Notes: a model not told the origin generated them from the letters alone. A stretch of DNA of 64,000 nucleotides from Eledone cirrhosa (GCA_964016885.1 CAXHJY010000736.1:124001-188000), one strand, 5' to 3'. Positions 16,111 to 30,942 are shown, counted from the first letter of the stretch. Numbers and translations: made by a program.

Positions 16111-16115
<5 letters not shown>
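12370..16115. mobile_element. ~1.7-kb near-perfect inverted duplication of a Hydra-type PLE 3' end (GIY-YIG C-terminus, 3' UTR and family-E pseudo-LTR), with nested inversions
   Basis: 12370-14083 is the reverse complement of 14310-16022; the spacer 14084-14309 duplicates 13153-13380. ORFs 13430+ and 14616- differ at one residue and contain WQLK...WNIV...CDLCAEE...LNLRTNLFSCCRH. Confidence 0.9.
12417..12480 (-). ncRNA. Type I hammerhead, family E (mutated mirror copy at 15912-15975; relative at 35064-35127)
   Basis: Minus strand: ATTTTGT-CTGAGGA-AGGCATAACATATT...AATATGATATCCCA-GAAA-TATATA-TA-ACGAAAT. Confidence 0.72.
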
Positions 16116-16144
<29 letters not shown>

Positions 16145-16148
<4 letters not shown>

Positions 16149-17478
16149 GGAGGTGAGTTTTATTGTAGTACAATAAAGCAATGCAGATATCGGATAAGAA
16201 GCACTCTACAGTTTGTGGGACTGGAGTATGCATAATATAAGATCAAAAGATGGTTAAAGGAGTTCCATATATTTTATTATTACCATATATTTCATTACCC
16301 TCATTCTATCTTCTCGTAAAACAATAACATTTGTTTTTGACATTTTGAATATTCATCCGCAATCATTATTATTTTTTCTCTCTATCATAAATCTTTTTAA
16401 TCTCAATTTCATCCTTAATTTATTATTATATTTTTTTAAATATATACTCATATATTCTTTAAAATATACCCATCTACCTTACTTTAAAGGGCATTATACA
16501 CTCTATAATACTCGTTTACTCATTACCCTCATTCTATCTTCTCGTAAAACAATAACATTTGTTTTTGACATTTTGAGTATTCATCCGCAATCATTATTAT
16601 TTTTTCTCTCTATCATAAATCTTTTTAATCTCAATTTCATCCTTAATTTATTATTATTTTTTTTTTCTCCCCATCAACGAACTCATTATTAATACATATG
16701 AATTCAATATACAAACTTTAACTTCACATTATTTTTCTCAAATCCTTCTACACGTAAACCTTAACATTTTTCTCTTTGCTAATTTTGAAATTCCCACAAT
16801 ACATACATTTCTTCTTTTGACGTTAGAATATTCACCCACAATTATTATTTTTTTCTCTCTATCTTCATACATAATTTCCCTTCGTTAATTTTCAAATTCC
16901 TTTAATTTATACATTATCTTCCAACGGTTCCCAACCTCTCTATATTAAAACATTATATCTTTTTCTCAGTTATAAAAACTATCTCTTTCTCTCTATCACC
17001 CATCTCTCCCTTTCCACCTTCACTCTCATCTCCTCCCCTTTTTTTCATCCTTTCCACCCCCCCTCCCTAAATAAAATATTTTTTCCTCGCACATATCCTC
17101 CCTTCGTTAATTTTCAAAATTTTTAATTTATACAGTATCTTCCAACGGTTTTCAACCCCTCTATATAAAATATATCTCCTCTCAGTTATAAAAACTATCT
17201 CTTTCTCTCTATCACCCATCTCTCCCTCTCATCTCCTTCCCTTTTCATCCTTTTCTCCCCCCCCTCTCTAAATAAAATATTTTTCCCAATATCACACATC
17301 AATCTAAAACCACTTTTCATATGTTGATTTAAAACTGCACTATCAACAAGTGTTTTTTAGCCTTCATATCATGTTCTCCTGTTTTATCTGATGAAAACAC
17401 AAATATTATTGTTTGATGATGTTTGTTTTTGAAATGCGCATAATAAAATATATGGAACTCCTTTAACCATCTTTTGAT

Positions 17479-17482
<4 letters not shown>
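16145..17482 (+). mobile_element. Family-D PLE 3' region with an inverted pseudo-LTR end at its 5' side and internal direct duplications
   Basis: 16145-16280 is the inverted family-D terminus; duplications ~16290-16435/16518-16660 and ~16880-17090/17100-17290; HHR at 17382-17448. Confidence 0.7.
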
Positions 17483-17574
<92 letters not shown>

Positions 17575-18253
17575 TAGTTATGTAATAAACAACATAAGGC
17601 AATTATTCCATTTACCAGTGGTTTCTTAAAAGCAAAAGATTTTGCTTTCAATCCTCGGAATGAAAAAATCCTGGTCTGTTTATTGAATTTGGATTTTAAA
17701 AACAAAAATGCATATGAAAGTGAGGCTGGAGAAGGAAGAAGGAAAGGAAAAATAAAATAAAACTACACATGCAAACACACACACAAAAACACAAAAGCAT
17801 ACATACACACACACACATATATATACATATATATACATACATATACATACACATATATATACACATACATACACTCATACATACACACACGCACACATAT
17901 ATGTGTATATAAATACACACAAACACATATATACATACGCACATAAATATCAACACATCCATACATACAAATACATATATACAACCACACACACATATAT
18001 ACACACATACATACACATAGAAACATAAATATAAATACATATACATACACACATATACATACATATATATATATATACACATATACATATATATATATAT
18101 GTGTACAAGCATACACATACACAAACATAGCCATACACACATACATAAACATACATACATACATGCACACAATCATACATATATACACATGTACATACAT
18201 ACACATACATAAATGCACTCCTCTACATATTCGCACACGCAAATAAATATAAG

Positions 18254-18285
<32 letters not shown>

Positions 18286-18618
18286 AAAAATTTTGACAGC
18301 GATACAGAACGCAGCTAACTGGACAGACACGCGTGGTAAGTAATACACACAAATGCACGTATACATACGTACGAAATAGTAAATACATACACACTCTCGC
18401 ACATAAATATACATATACAAATACATAAACACATACATACACATACATGCACAAACACGCACACGTATACAATTATACACACACATATGTATATGTAATT
18501 ATACACACACACATATATATATATATATATACATAAATATAAACATACACACACACACATATATGTATACATACACACATACAAATACGTACATATCATA
18601 AACACGCACAACCAAATA

Positions 18619-18708
<90 letters not shown>

Positions 18709-18957
18709 TACACATATACATGTGTGTGTGTGTAAAACTCAGTCTTAGATAATTCATATGAACCTTACATATACATATATATAGTAGTAAAGTAATAAAG
18801 TAATAAGCAACATAAGGCAATTATTCCATTCACCAGTGATTTCTTAAAAGCAAAAAATTTTTCCTTCAATCTTCAGAATGAAAAAAACCTGGTCTATCGA
18901 CATATACATACATATATACACACAAATATATATATATACATATATATACACACATAT

Positions 18958-18998
<41 letters not shown>

Positions 18999-19178
18999 AA
19001 TATACATACACATACACATAGGTATGTGAAGGGCAAGAATATATGGGGGGGGGGGGGGGGGCATAGGAAAAGGTGAAATATAAGGGTAGGTAAGGGACAA
19101 AAAAATATATATACAAGAGTACAGAAGGTAGATTCAGCAAAAAAAAACCGTAGCAGAAGTAAAGAGCAGGAAAGGAGT

Positions 19179-20283
19179 TCAAGGCGGTTGATTTATCATA
19201 GGAGTGTCAATCCAGTTACAGATCAGATGCAATTTCAGATGAGGACAGCATCTGAAGATCTCAGTCTTTGAGTTAAGGCAAGCGGAAGTGGCTCTCAAGT
19301 TTAGCAAAATCCTATACTTTTCTGTGGTACACAAAGAACAATTCTTTGTGCCCCTTTGGTACCCCCTCGAATGGTCTAATATAGACCAATCAATAGAGTA
19401 CGGGATGTTACTATCCTTGAGTTCCCACACCTTACTTGCGAGGGCCGTTGATGTTCGTTTATCGGAGTGTTTAAAAGAAGCGACATGTGAGTAAAATCTG
19501 GTTTTAAACCTGTCCTGGGTCATACCGACATATCGCTCACTCCTGGCTGGCTGGTTGTTGATTACCGGTGTTATCTTAGCCTCATAAACAACAGATTTGG
19601 TGTTACATTTACCTTGCAATGGGCATTCATCCGGCTTCCTGCAACTGCATCCTGGATTTATTCTCGTATGGTTTGAACTGGTGATTTTGGACTTCATAGA
19701 TAGGCAACAAGAGTAGCTGATCTTAACTACGTTCCTATTAAATATCTTATAATATCTATGATTAGGAGGAAAGTGTTTGTCTAATAGTTCAAGGAATTTC
19801 CTTCCTACATTAGTTTTGACAGTTAGAGAGAAGGGGGGTGTGAACCAAATAATCTTCCTTTTCCTGTTATTGTGGTTAGTTTTAGGGGGGGGGGGAGTAG
19901 GTAAATAAGAAATTTTTTCTGTAAAACCGCTGTTCTTAAGGGCTTTATTATAATAAGGGGCGGCTTTATTAAAAATGTCTATAGACGAAGATAAGGTAGA
20001 AATCCTACGGCTAATGTTAGGAATAAGATTATTAAAAACTATAGGGGGATGGCAAGACTCTTTGTGTATATACCTAAGTTTATGATAGGGTTTTAAAGAG
20101 GCGGTAAGTAGATCAAGATTAATATCAAGAAAGTTAGCATTAGTAAGGTTCGTATCTATAGTGATTTTAAGGTTAAGGTTAGCAAAAGTATTGATTAAAT
20201 CTTTACGGAATTTATCAAGGTTATGGCCGTTGGTGGTATGGGAAACTGCTAATCCGTCATCACGGTATAAACCGATATTATGG
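19179..20283 (-). pseudogene. 5'-truncated Hydra-type Penelope-like ORF (RT motif C to GIY-YIG); element with tandem family-F pseudo-LTRs spans ~17575-20600
   Basis: [50 protein letters not shown]...YVGMTQDRFKTRFYSH, CSLCTTEK, LNSKTEIFRCCPH. 20283-20600 is an inverted copy of 17820-18120. Confidence 0.9.
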
Positions 20284-20317
20284 TGTATGTGTATGCTTGT
20301 ACACACATATATATATA

Positions 20318-20366
<49 letters not shown>

Positions 20367-20609
20367 GTGTGTATGTATATGTATTTATATTTATGTTTCT
20401 ATGTGTATGTATGTGTGTATATATGTGTGTGTGGTTGTATATATGTATTTATGTGTATGGATGTGTTGATATTTATGTGCGTATGTATATATGTGTTTGT
20501 GTGTATTTATATACACATATATGTGTGTATATATGTGTGCGTGTGTGTATACATGAGTGTATGTATGTGTATATATATGTGTATGTATATGTATGTATAT
20601 ATATGTATA

Positions 20610-20674
<65 letters not shown>

Positions 20675-20678
<4 letters not shown>

Positions 20679-21150
20679 GAATAATCGAGTATCGGAAAAT
20701 CAGCTCACGAATTTACGTTAAACAAAATCCGACATGAGTGGCAGAGGGCTCAATAATTCAGATAAATCAGAGCTATAACTATCGTTAAGATACCAACACA
20801 CAAAGATCATGCCTAAAATCACCCGTGCAGCTGAAAAATAACGACCAGGAAGATTCGGGTCACTCAGATAAAATATCAATAAATCAATAAATTATATGAA
20901 TGAAAAAACTTACCCGGACCCACTAGAAAGGTGGTAAATGTAGCTTCTTGGGTTTCTGCTATTCCTTAATCCGCCCCCTATCAGCCCACATAAAAATATA
21001 TAAGACTTCTAGGGAGAGGAGGGACCGGAATAACTTTATCAACGGGCCATGTCCGACGAAAGAAGAAATTAACTATAGCTAGACGCACATGGAGTCCAGC
21101 AAGGGAGATAACCTCTATATTCGCGAAAGATAATCGGTAATGTGGAAATA
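20675..21150 (-). mobile_element. Single diverged monomer of family L, with atypical hammerhead at 20912-21047
   Basis: Colinear with the 616-bp unit; same 3' end at (TA)n. Confidence 0.85.
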
Positions 21151-21189
21151 TATATATAAATATATATATGTGTGTGTGTGTATGTATGC

Positions 21190-21480
21190 TTTTGTGTTTT
21201 TGTGTGTGTGTTTGCATGTGTAGTTTTATTTTATTTTTCCTTTCGTTCTTCCTTCTCCAGCCTCACTTTCATATAGATTGCATTTTTGTTTTTAAAATCC
21301 AAATTCAATAAACAGACCAGGATTTTTTCACTCTGAGGATTGAAAGCAAAATCTTTTGGTTTTAAGAAACCACTGGTAAATGGAATAATTGCCTTATGTT
21401 GTTTATTACATAACTATTAAGCTGTGTTACCTACATAGAACACTCTTTTTTCCTGGACTTTTCCGATGGAATTACTTCAT
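21190..21480 (+). mobile_element. Family-F pseudo-LTR with hammerhead at 21326-21385
   Basis: Reverse complement of 17580-17800; CTGAGGA...GAAA-CCACTGG-TA. Confidence 0.75.
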
Positions 21481-21481
21481 T

Positions 21482-21597
<116 letters not shown>

Positions 21598-22035
21598 CAT
21601 ATCTATATATCTATATATATATACATATCTATATATCTATATATATATATATACATATCTATATATATATATACATATCTATATATCTCTATATATATAC
21701 ATATCTATATATATATATACATATCTATATATCTATATATATATATACATATCTATATATCTATATATATATATACATATCTATATATATATATATACAT
21801 ATACATATCTATATATATATACATATCTATATATATATACATATCTCTATATATATACATATCTATATATATATATATATATACATATCTCTATATATAT
21901 ATATACATATCTCTATATATATATATACATATCTCTCTCTCTATATATATATACATACATATATATATATATAGTAATATATACATACATATCTATATAT
22001 ATATATATATACATACATACATATCTATATATATA

Positions 22036-22493
22036 TGGTGGCTGCCAACTCGTTTTCGAGTACGGCCACTACTTTATATCCATGTAGGAGAACCCCTACT
22101 GATGCGCTGAACGAGTGTGACTTTTTAGTCCAGCCAGCGACTTGAAAGCTCTGGTACAAACACTACACTTGTGACAATTATTGACACATAGTGCTGGGCC
22201 CATGGTACCATGTGACGACAAATGCAGAGAGATCTCCAGATACAAAGCAATGCCTGTGCCGTGAAGCTTTTATAGTGAGCAAAGGCACTGCACAATGCCA
22301 GTCCCACTCTCTTAACCAAGATGATATTTACCAAAAAGAAGAACAAGTCAACATCATTGGATACCATCAGGGTTGCAGGTGTTATATCAGAGTTTTCCTT
22401 CTCCTAGAATTCCGCCTTGACAAAGGCTAAGGGGTCATCTCTCCCGGTGATTTTGGATGGCCATTGACTCTTAAGAGCTCCTTTGCCTTTTGA
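22036..22493 (-). mobile_element. Dispersed repeat, possibly the 5' region of a LINE; second, longer copy at 48655-49250
   Basis: Near-identical sequence at both places (spurious ORFs MVSNDVDLFF... at 22125 and 48743). The LINE assignment is tentative. Confidence 0.55.
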
Positions 22494-22559
22494 TATGTAT
22501 GTATATATATATATATATATACATACATATTTATATATATATATATATATATACATATC

Positions 22560-22660
<101 letters not shown>

Positions 22661-22679
22661 CCATATATATATCTATATA

Positions 22680-22730
<51 letters not shown>

Positions 22731-22789
22731 CCATATATATATCTATATACATATATATATATATACATATATATATATCCATATATATA

Positions 22790-22848
<59 letters not shown>

Positions 22849-22978
22849 CCACATATATATATATATATATCCATATATATATATATATATATCCACATAT
22901 ATATATATATATTCATATATATATATATATATCCATATATATATATATATATATATCCATATATATATATCTATCTAT

Positions 22979-25900
22979 CTAAGGCGGGTAAAATTCCCGA
23001 GATCCATGGACGAGTTCTCTCCAGCGGTCTCTGTCCCTCATTATCGCTGCCATATCCTGCATCTCCAACAGACCAGTGTCTGTCCTTAGGGCATCAACAT
23101 ATGTTAACCTTGGTCTTCCTCTTCTAGTGTGTCCATGTAGGGGCTCCCAAATGAGCACTGAGTGCAATGTCAACTCTGGATGTCGGTGAGTATGTCCAGC
23201 CAACCTCAGTCTCCTCTGTGTCACCTTTGAGCTGACTTTTGGGATGCTCCCATACAGCTCTGAGTTTTTCATCCTCAGTGTATACTGATTAATGTTCAGA
23301 GCCATCCTCAGCATTCTCGTGTAGCACCCATCCACCATCTGAGTGAGTTTCTTGGTCAGTGTCCAAGTCTCAGACCCATACAGCAGCACAGACTCCACTA
23401 CAGCAATGAAGAGGCGGATTTTCAGGTCTCTACGAAGGTCCGACTTCCACACCGATCTCAAACTGTGGCACGCCGCCCAGGCCTTGCTCTTCCTCTCAAC
23501 CACATCATCCTCCGTATTCCCAATCCTTGCTCCCAAATACAGGAAGTCCTCAACCAATTCCAGCGGCTTCCCGCCTACATTAGTGATCCCCTCTGGCTTC
23601 TCAACATTCTCTACCAGATATTTTGTTTTAGTCTCATTCATTCTCAGCCCCACACTCATCGACACAGTCTCAACCTCCCGCATCAAATCCTCTGCCTCCT
23701 TCACTGTATTTGTCACCAAAACTATGTCGTCGGCAAATTCAGCATCCGATACCTTTTTCGCCCCAACTCTCCTGCTCTGAGCCGGTGCTACAGTAAAGCC
23801 AGAGTCCTGGTGTTTCTCCAGTGCAAGGCGCATACAATAGGCCACTACGATGACAAAAAGGTAGGGAGCCAATGTATCTCCCTGGAGCACTCCAGCCAGT
23901 ATCTCAAAGAACTCTGTCATCCCATCAGGTGTAATGACTTGGACTTTGGTGTTGGTGTAGAGCAGTGATATCAGGTCCACTATCCTCTTGGGGATTCCAT
24001 AAGCCTGTAAGATCTTCATCAGGCAGTAACGGTCCACAGAATCAAAGGCCTTCCTAAAGTCAATGAAAACCATGACCGCAGGAAGGCACTTTGCTCTAGC
24101 TCCCTTTAATATCCTCCTCAGCATCAGGATGTGACTGGTGGTTGATCTACCCTCTCTGAAGCCGTTCTGGTTGTCCCTGAGCTTCTTCTCCATCTCAGGC
24201 TGGATCCTGTTAAGAATCATCCTGTTGAGGGTCTTTGCCACAAGTGACGTCAGTGAGATCCCCCGGTAGTTGTTGGTGTTAGAGAGATCTCCCTTCTTTG
24301 GCACTGGGACGATGTTACTGATCCTCCACTGATTCGGGGCAACTCCTTTCTCCAGTGCCCCGTTACAGAACCCCAGGATGATATCATCAAAATCACACCT
24401 CTTCATCACCTCTGATGCCACTCCATCTTCTCCATGAGCCTTGCCCTCCTTGATCTTCTTCTTGGCTCTCTGAAGCTCCTCTCTGGTGAAGGGCTCTGTC
24501 TCAACATCCAGTTCCTCAAACAGCCGCCTGATCTCCCCAGTGCTCTGGGCTGTGGAGGGTGGCTCTCCTAGTAGGGTCCTAAAATGGTCTAGCCATTTCC
24601 TCTTCCTATCCTCGGGCCCCGTTCCCTGGATCTGACTCGAACACCTTTTCTTCCTCCCTGTGATCTCGTTGATGATCATCCAGCTCTCCTTACATCCAGA
24701 TCTTTCAACCGCTCTCTCCACACTTCTGATCTTCTCTATCAGTGCCTCCTCTCTGACCTCAGTGTAAGCGGTACAGGGCTCTTCCCTCATCACCTTCACA
24801 GTCTCCATCCTCTCCTCCGTAGGATCAGCATAGAATTGGTCCCTGGCAGCTTTCAGGTGTTCTCTGGCTGCACACACTTTTGGGTTTGCAGAGCTGACGT
24901 GCTTCCCTTTGTTCTTTTTCCTCGGCATCAGGGTTTCACTTGCTTTCGCCACTGCATTGGTGAAGTGCCCGTACCTCCTCGTCACACTCTCCTCAGTCCA
25001 TCCAATCTCTCTCTCCTCTGACTCTCCACACAGAGCACTAAACCTGTTTCTCACTTCCACTGTGAACCTCTCCTGTAGCTTATCATCTTCCTTGAAAGCT
25101 CCCCAGTCATAGATTGTTCTCCGGGGCTGAGCCTTGCTCTTTCTTAAGCTCACGCGGACCTCACTCATAACAAGCCGGTGGTCACTACCCAGTGTACTGA
25201 AATAGCTGTATGGTTCCGTGTTCAGAACACTATTCCGCCACTTTTTCCTCACCAGAATGAAATCAATCTGGGACTTGGACAGGTGCATATCTGAGATGTA
25301 GGTCCACATCTTCCCCAGATTCTTCCTAAACCTTAGGTTGGTCACCATCAAGTTCGCCTCCAGCAGGGTGTCTCTCAGTAGTCTTCCATTTCGGTTGGTG
25401 TTGTTATGGAAGTACCAGCAAGGATCTTCACTGCCCTCCTTACTCAGATGTGCATTGAAGTCCCCCAAAACAAGCAGGATATTGTGTGCCTGAGTGGTGT
25501 TGACAGCTCTACACACCTCCTCATGGAACTCCTCCGCATTCACATCACTGTCCCCCTCGGTTGGACTATAGGCTGAGATGACTGTCAGTCTTGGATTTCC
25601 ATTGAAGGTCACACTCAACACTCGGGGGGAGATAGGCATTATTTCCCTCACCAACAGATTGGTTTTTGCACTGAACACAAAACCCACTCCTCCCACTGCA
25701 GCATTTGTTGTGTTCGTCACTGCCGATGTAGTGATGAGCTGGCTCCTCCTCCCGATCATCACACTCCTCACGGGCTCATCGTGTAGAATCCTGTGTTCTT
25801 GGATCGCAAGTATCTGTATACCACTCTCCTCGAACAGATATCCCAACTCCTCTCTCTTCTCCAGCGTCCGAATAGTCCTCACATTCAAAGTGCCCATTTT

Positions 25901-26113
25901 GATGGCTCTTCTGCAGGACAAAACAGCATTCTTTATATTTGTCTCAGAGACAGCTGATCCATCATCCACTGGCCCTCTCTGTGGCTCTAAGCCAGCAGAG
26001 TCATAACGACCAGGCTGCTCCTTGACAGTGTAATTAGGGGCTCTAACCCTAGTGCTGTTAGATCGACTCTCCATATTTCTTTTCAATGGCTGACAATACC
26101 TTACCGGCGCCAC
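22979..26113 (-). CDS. RTE-clade LINE ORF (AP endonuclease + reverse transcriptase), 1044 aa, uninterrupted; element spans ~22970-26290
   Basis: APE: [34 protein letters not shown]: [42 protein letters not shown]. First ATG at 26074. Confidence 0.95.
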   Translation of the reverse strand: MAPVRYCQPLKRNMESRSNSTRVRAPNYTVKEQPGRYDSAGLEPQRGPVDDGSAVSETNIKNAVLSCRRAIKMGTLNVRTIRTLEKREELGYLFEESGIQILAIQEHRILHDEPVRSVMIGRRSQLITTSAVTNTTNAAVGGVGFVFSAKTNLLVREIMPISPRVLSVTFNGNPRLTVISAYSPTEGDSDVNAEEFHEEVCRAVNTTQAHNILLVLGDFNAHLSKEGSEDPCWYFHNNTNRNGRLLRDTLLEANLMVTNLRFRKNLGKMWTYISDMHLSKSQIDFILVRKKWRNSVLNTEPYSYFSTLGSDHRLVMSEVRVSLRKSKAQPRRTIYDWGAFKEDDKLQERFTVEVRNRFSALCGESEEREIGWTEESVTRRYGHFTNAVAKASETLMPRKKNKGKHVSSANPKVCAAREHLKAARDQFYADPTEERMETVKVMREEPCTAYTEVREEALIEKIRSVERAVERSGCKESWMIINEITGRKKRCSSQIQGTGPEDRKRKWLDHFRTLLGEPPSTAQSTGEIRRLFEELDVETEPFTREELQRAKKKIKEGKAHGEDGVASEVMKRCDFDDIILGFCNGALEKGVAPNQWRISNIVPVPKKGDLSNTNNYRGISLTSLVAKTLNRMILNRIQPEMEKKLRDNQNGFREGRSTTSHILMLRRILKGARAKCLPAVMVFIDFRKAFDSVDRYCLMKILQAYGIPKRIVDLISLLYTNTKVQVITPDGMTEFFEILAGVLQGDTLAPYLFVIVVAYCMRLALEKHQDSGFTVAPAQSRRVGAKKVSDAEFADDIVLVTNTVKEAEDLMREVETVSMSVGLRMNETKTKYLVENVEKPEGITNVGGKPLELVEDFLYLGARIGNTEDDVVERKSKAWAACHSLRSVWKSDLRRDLKIRLFIAVVESVLLYGSETWTLTKKLTQMVDGCYTRMLRMALNINQYTLRMKNSELYGSIPKVSSKVTQRRLRLAGHTHRHPELTLHSVLIWEPLHGHTRRGRPRLTYVDALRTDTGLLEMQDMAAIMRDRDRWRELVHGSREFYPP

Positions 26114-26282
26114 TCGAATAAGGTAGTTATTTAACCCATAAATGGAGCCCTAACAGGTACTACCACCCCGGGCCAGGGCAGACCTGGGAGTCATGACAAC
26201 TAAGGGGTAACTCCACATTCCCCACATCTCCTGAACTCCCGAACTGGAGCCTTGCCACTGGATGTAGTTTAATGTCATACCC

Positions 26283-26333
<51 letters not shown>

Positions 26334-26389
26334 ATATATATATATATATCCATATATATATATATATCCATATATATATATATATATAT

Positions 26390-26479
<90 letters not shown>

Positions 26480-26497
26480 ATATATATATATATATAT

Positions 26498-26531
<34 letters not shown>

Positions 26532-26549
26532 ATATATATATATATATAT

Positions 26550-26626
<77 letters not shown>

Positions 26627-26640
26627 TATATATACATATA

Positions 26641-26671
<31 letters not shown>

Positions 26672-26699
26672 ATACATATAAATATACATATATATATAC

Positions 26700-26730
<31 letters not shown>

Positions 26731-26743
26731 TATACATATAAAT

Positions 26744-26800
<57 letters not shown>

Positions 26801-26801
26801 A

Positions 26802-26856
<55 letters not shown>

Positions 26857-26958
26857 AATGAAGTAATTCCATCGGAAAAGTCCAGGAAAAAAGAGTGCTC
26901 TATGTAAGCAACAGAGCTTAATTATTATTATTATGTAATAAACAACATAAGGCAATTA

Positions 26959-27018
26959 TTCCATTTACCAGTGGTTTCTTAAAAGCAAAAGGTTTTGCTT
27001 TCAATCCTCAGAATGAAA
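26959..27018 (-). ncRNA. Type I hammerhead, family F, best-preserved copy (degenerate copies 17606-17665, 18824-18883, 21326-21385)
   Basis: Minus strand: TTTCATT-CTGAGGA-TTGAAAGCAAAA cc TTTTGCTTTTAA-GAAA-CCACTGG-TA-AATGGAA. Bracketed by a short inversion (26928-26958/27018-27048). Confidence 0.8.
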
Positions 27019-27042
27019 ATTGCCTTATGTTGTTTATTACAT

Positions 27043-27086
<44 letters not shown>

Positions 27087-27107
27087 TATATATATATATA
27101 TACATAT

Positions 27108-27166
<59 letters not shown>

Positions 27167-27269
27167 ATATACATATAATCTATATATATATATATATAAT
27201 ATATATATATATATACATATAATATATATATATATACATATAATATATATATATATGTACATATAATAA

Positions 27270-27313
<44 letters not shown>

Positions 27314-27323
27314 TATATATATA

Positions 27324-27370
<47 letters not shown>

Positions 27371-27564
27371 ACATAAACCCCCACACCTACAACTCCCTCC
27401 CCATTTCTACTAATAGAACCACTTTCCTACACACATATATATATATACACACACACAAAATATATATTCTCTCCATCTTAACATACTCGCACACACACAC
27501 ATAACACCCATATACACACACACACAACTCCCTCCCCCATCTCTACTAATAGAATCATCTTCCA

Positions 27565-27627
<63 letters not shown>

Positions 27628-28135
27628 CAAGCACACAAATAAACATACATATCTTCACTTCAATAGAAAATCTGAACTCTGACACCCCGGCGAGCTGGCC
27701 ATATTCACTGAACCAGAACATTTCTCCCAATCCCTTTTCTCTTGACCACTATCTCTCTATTGTCATAACATTCACTATAAAGACTACAGAATAGTTTTCC
27801 AAATAAGGGCGCAAAAATGTAATGAAAACTTGTTCACGTGACAGCCAAATTTCATTTATAACCAACCAAAAAAAAGCCTTCGTGAGCCTCCTTTTTTCAA
27901 GTAAAAAGAAATTCAAACACTCATATATGAAAAAACAACCTGTGACAACCCCCCTCTCTTATTTGAAGAACTATTGTAACGCGAACTGGCGCGAAATATA
28001 TTATAATTATTGACAAACCAATCAAATTACTTCTCGAAGAACCTGGCAATTCGAGCCACTTTTTCCATATAAAACAAGTAACATTCAGAGACCAACCAGA
28101 TGTGAGAAAAACCACAGACCCTCCATCTCAACTCA

Positions 28136-28173
28136 CCTTTTGAAAAGCAGAAGAACTGCGAAACCGGTAAAGG
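28136..28173 (+). ncRNA. Minimal 38-nt type I hammerhead, U3-A8 variant (family G)
   Basis: CCTT-TTGAAAA-GCAG aagaa CTGC-GAAA-CCGG-TA-AAGG; palindromic ACCGGU stem III; AATAAA just downstream. Confidence 0.78.
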
Positions 28174-28304
28174 AACCAAATAAATATATATATTTTTAAA
28201 ACAAATAAGACTCCAGTTGCATTTTCGATTTCATCTCTTTTTCTTTATACTTTCACTCGTGTAGGACACCTCGGTTATTTTTCATTTTGTAAAAAAAACC
28301 TCAC

Positions 28305-28382
<78 letters not shown>

Positions 28383-28712
28383 AGGATGAATATAAAATGA
28401 AAGTGCTTTTGTTAAAAAAGGAATTTATTAGGTATTGACATATGTTTCTGTAACAGACCGAATACCTATGTATCGCTGCTTGCGTAATCATATAATGTTA
28501 GCAAGTATTCGATAGCAAATGTATAATCAGTTGTCACTTCTTCAGAGATTTTGGATAAACTGGATAAAATCAGAAAAATTGAAGTATTTATATTAGTAAA
28601 AGAGGAAGGAACAGAGGGGATAGAATATGACAGATGGTAAAATAATTTACTGCTAAACAAGTATATAATGGGTTTTTAATGAGAATACCATGAGTAAATC
28701 TAAATAAGAATT

Positions 28713-30170
28713 TTGGGAGTGCCAATTATTATGGAAGCGAGAAAAACTATAGTTAAATTCGATAATAGCTACTGGGTTCGCAAAGATAGACCTTCTAATT
28801 TTGATATCACTATGGGTTCTAATGATTCGGCGGAAGTAACAGATCTTGTGGGAATTTATATCACCCACAGATTACAAGGAAAATTCAAGGATCTCCACGG
28901 TGGAATTTACCGTGACGATGCGCTCCTATTAGTTAAGAATATGAATAATCAGAATTTAGAAAGGATGCGTAAAAATATCAGAAAACTTTTAAAGAACTAG
29001 GATTAAATATTACATTTGAATATAACCTCAAAGAGGTCAATTTCCTTGATGTTACTTTCAATCTCAATACAGATACGATTAAACCGTTCCATAAACTAAA
29101 TGAGAACCTTAAATATGTAAATACGAGTTCTAACCATCCACTCTCTATAATTAAATCCATCCCTAGAAATGTTTCTCTTAGAATCTCCCGCCTATCGTCC
29201 AACCAACAAACCTTCAAAGAACATGCCGAGTATTATGATGATGCACTTAGGAAAGCCGGTCACCTAGATAATATAGAGTATATAGTCAATGATCACCAAA
29301 ACACCCAAAATAAATCACATAGGAGTAGAAATAGCACAGAATCACCACCATACATACACTACCGCAATAGACACAATAATAGTCGCACACCACCAAACAG
29401 AAGGCGATGTAAGGAGTATATCTGGTACAACCCGGTCTATAACAAATCTATTAAAACCAATCTACCCTCAAAATTCTTTCGATTAGTTAGAAAACACTTT
29501 CCAACATCACATAAATATAATAAAATCTTAAACCCTAACACCATCCGACTTTCATATTCAACCGCCCCTAATATTGAACAACATATAAAAATGCTTAACG
29601 CAAAACGGTTGTATAAACGCCTTCCAACACATAACAATACACGTAAAACATTAGCTATAACATCACAAAACAACAAACAACATCCTGTCCTACATAAGCA
29701 ACCTCATCAACCCATCCATGGCAATACAACAACGCAAAATTGTAATTGCAACTGTGTCCAACCAGGAATGTGTCCGTTGAACAATCAGTGTCTTGAACGC
29801 AACATCGTATACAAATGTACTATCGAATCGGATAGACAGAAGTGGTACTATGTGGGATCTACAGCCACCTCCTTTAAATCACGCCTTTAGAGACATCGTT
29901 ATTCGATAAAACATGAAAACCAGCGTTATGTAACAACACTCGCAGACAAGGCTTGGCAGCTGCGTGAAAATAACCAACAATTTCACCTAAAATGGGATAT
30001 AATAGCGGCTGCCCCCCCCATACTCCAATGGACAGGAATTTTGTAAATTATGTAATGTAGAATTATTTTGTATTATGAAATCCAAAAACATTTTATTAAA
30101 TAACAGAATAGAGCGATCGTTATACTGTAACCATCGCTTAAAATCTACATTTTCATATTATAAATACTAC
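28713..30170 (+). pseudogene. Frameshifted Hydra-type Penelope-like RT-GIY-YIG; element ~28380-30930 with a 5' inverted pseudo-LTR
   Basis: FDITMGSNDSAEVTDLVG, GIYRDD, CNCVQPGMCPLNNQC, NIVYKC...YYVGSTATSFKSR. 28380-28722 is the reverse complement of 30476-30820. Confidence 0.9.
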
Positions 30171-30942
30171 CAGGATTGAACGCCTGTCTCTATCCCCGTT
30201 TGATTGTCAAAATAGATATGAACATTCTTTATTAGTCTTAATTCTATCAACTCTTCTATTATTTACCTTTTAATACAAACTGCTATAGATAAAATGAGAT
30301 TTCTGATTTCTTGATTCAATTCCCTAGTGCAAATACCAGCTGACTACTAGCATTGATGTTATTTAGTAGCAATCGAAATCTCCCCCTTCCCCAATTGACA
30401 CTTTATGATTAATACTACTGCACCAAATGACCAGCCCTGTCCACTGTCCAGTTGGTCAAGTAGAGATTAAAATCGGCACTCCCAAAATTCTTATTTAGAT
30501 TTACTCATGGTATTCTCATTAAAAACCCATTATATACTTGTTTAGCAGTAAATTATTTTACCATCTGTCATATTCTATCCCCTCTGTTCCTTCCTCTTTT
30601 ACTAATATAAATACTTCAATTTTTCTGATTTTATCCAGTTTATCCAAAATCTCTGAAGAAGTGACAACTGATTATATATTTGCTATCGAATACTTGCTAA
30701 CATTATATGATTACGCAAGCAGCGATACATAGGTATTCGGTCTGTTACAGAAACATATGTCAATACCTAATAAATTCCTTTTTTAACAAAAGCACTTTCA
30801 TTTTATATTCATCCTTTCTACATTTCTCCGGAATATAATTTATACTCGTTGAGCAAACCTGCACGTACGCTGTTCATCTCTAACGTAACGATATATTATC
30901 ACTACATTATTGATAACCTGAAATTTTATATGTATATATATG

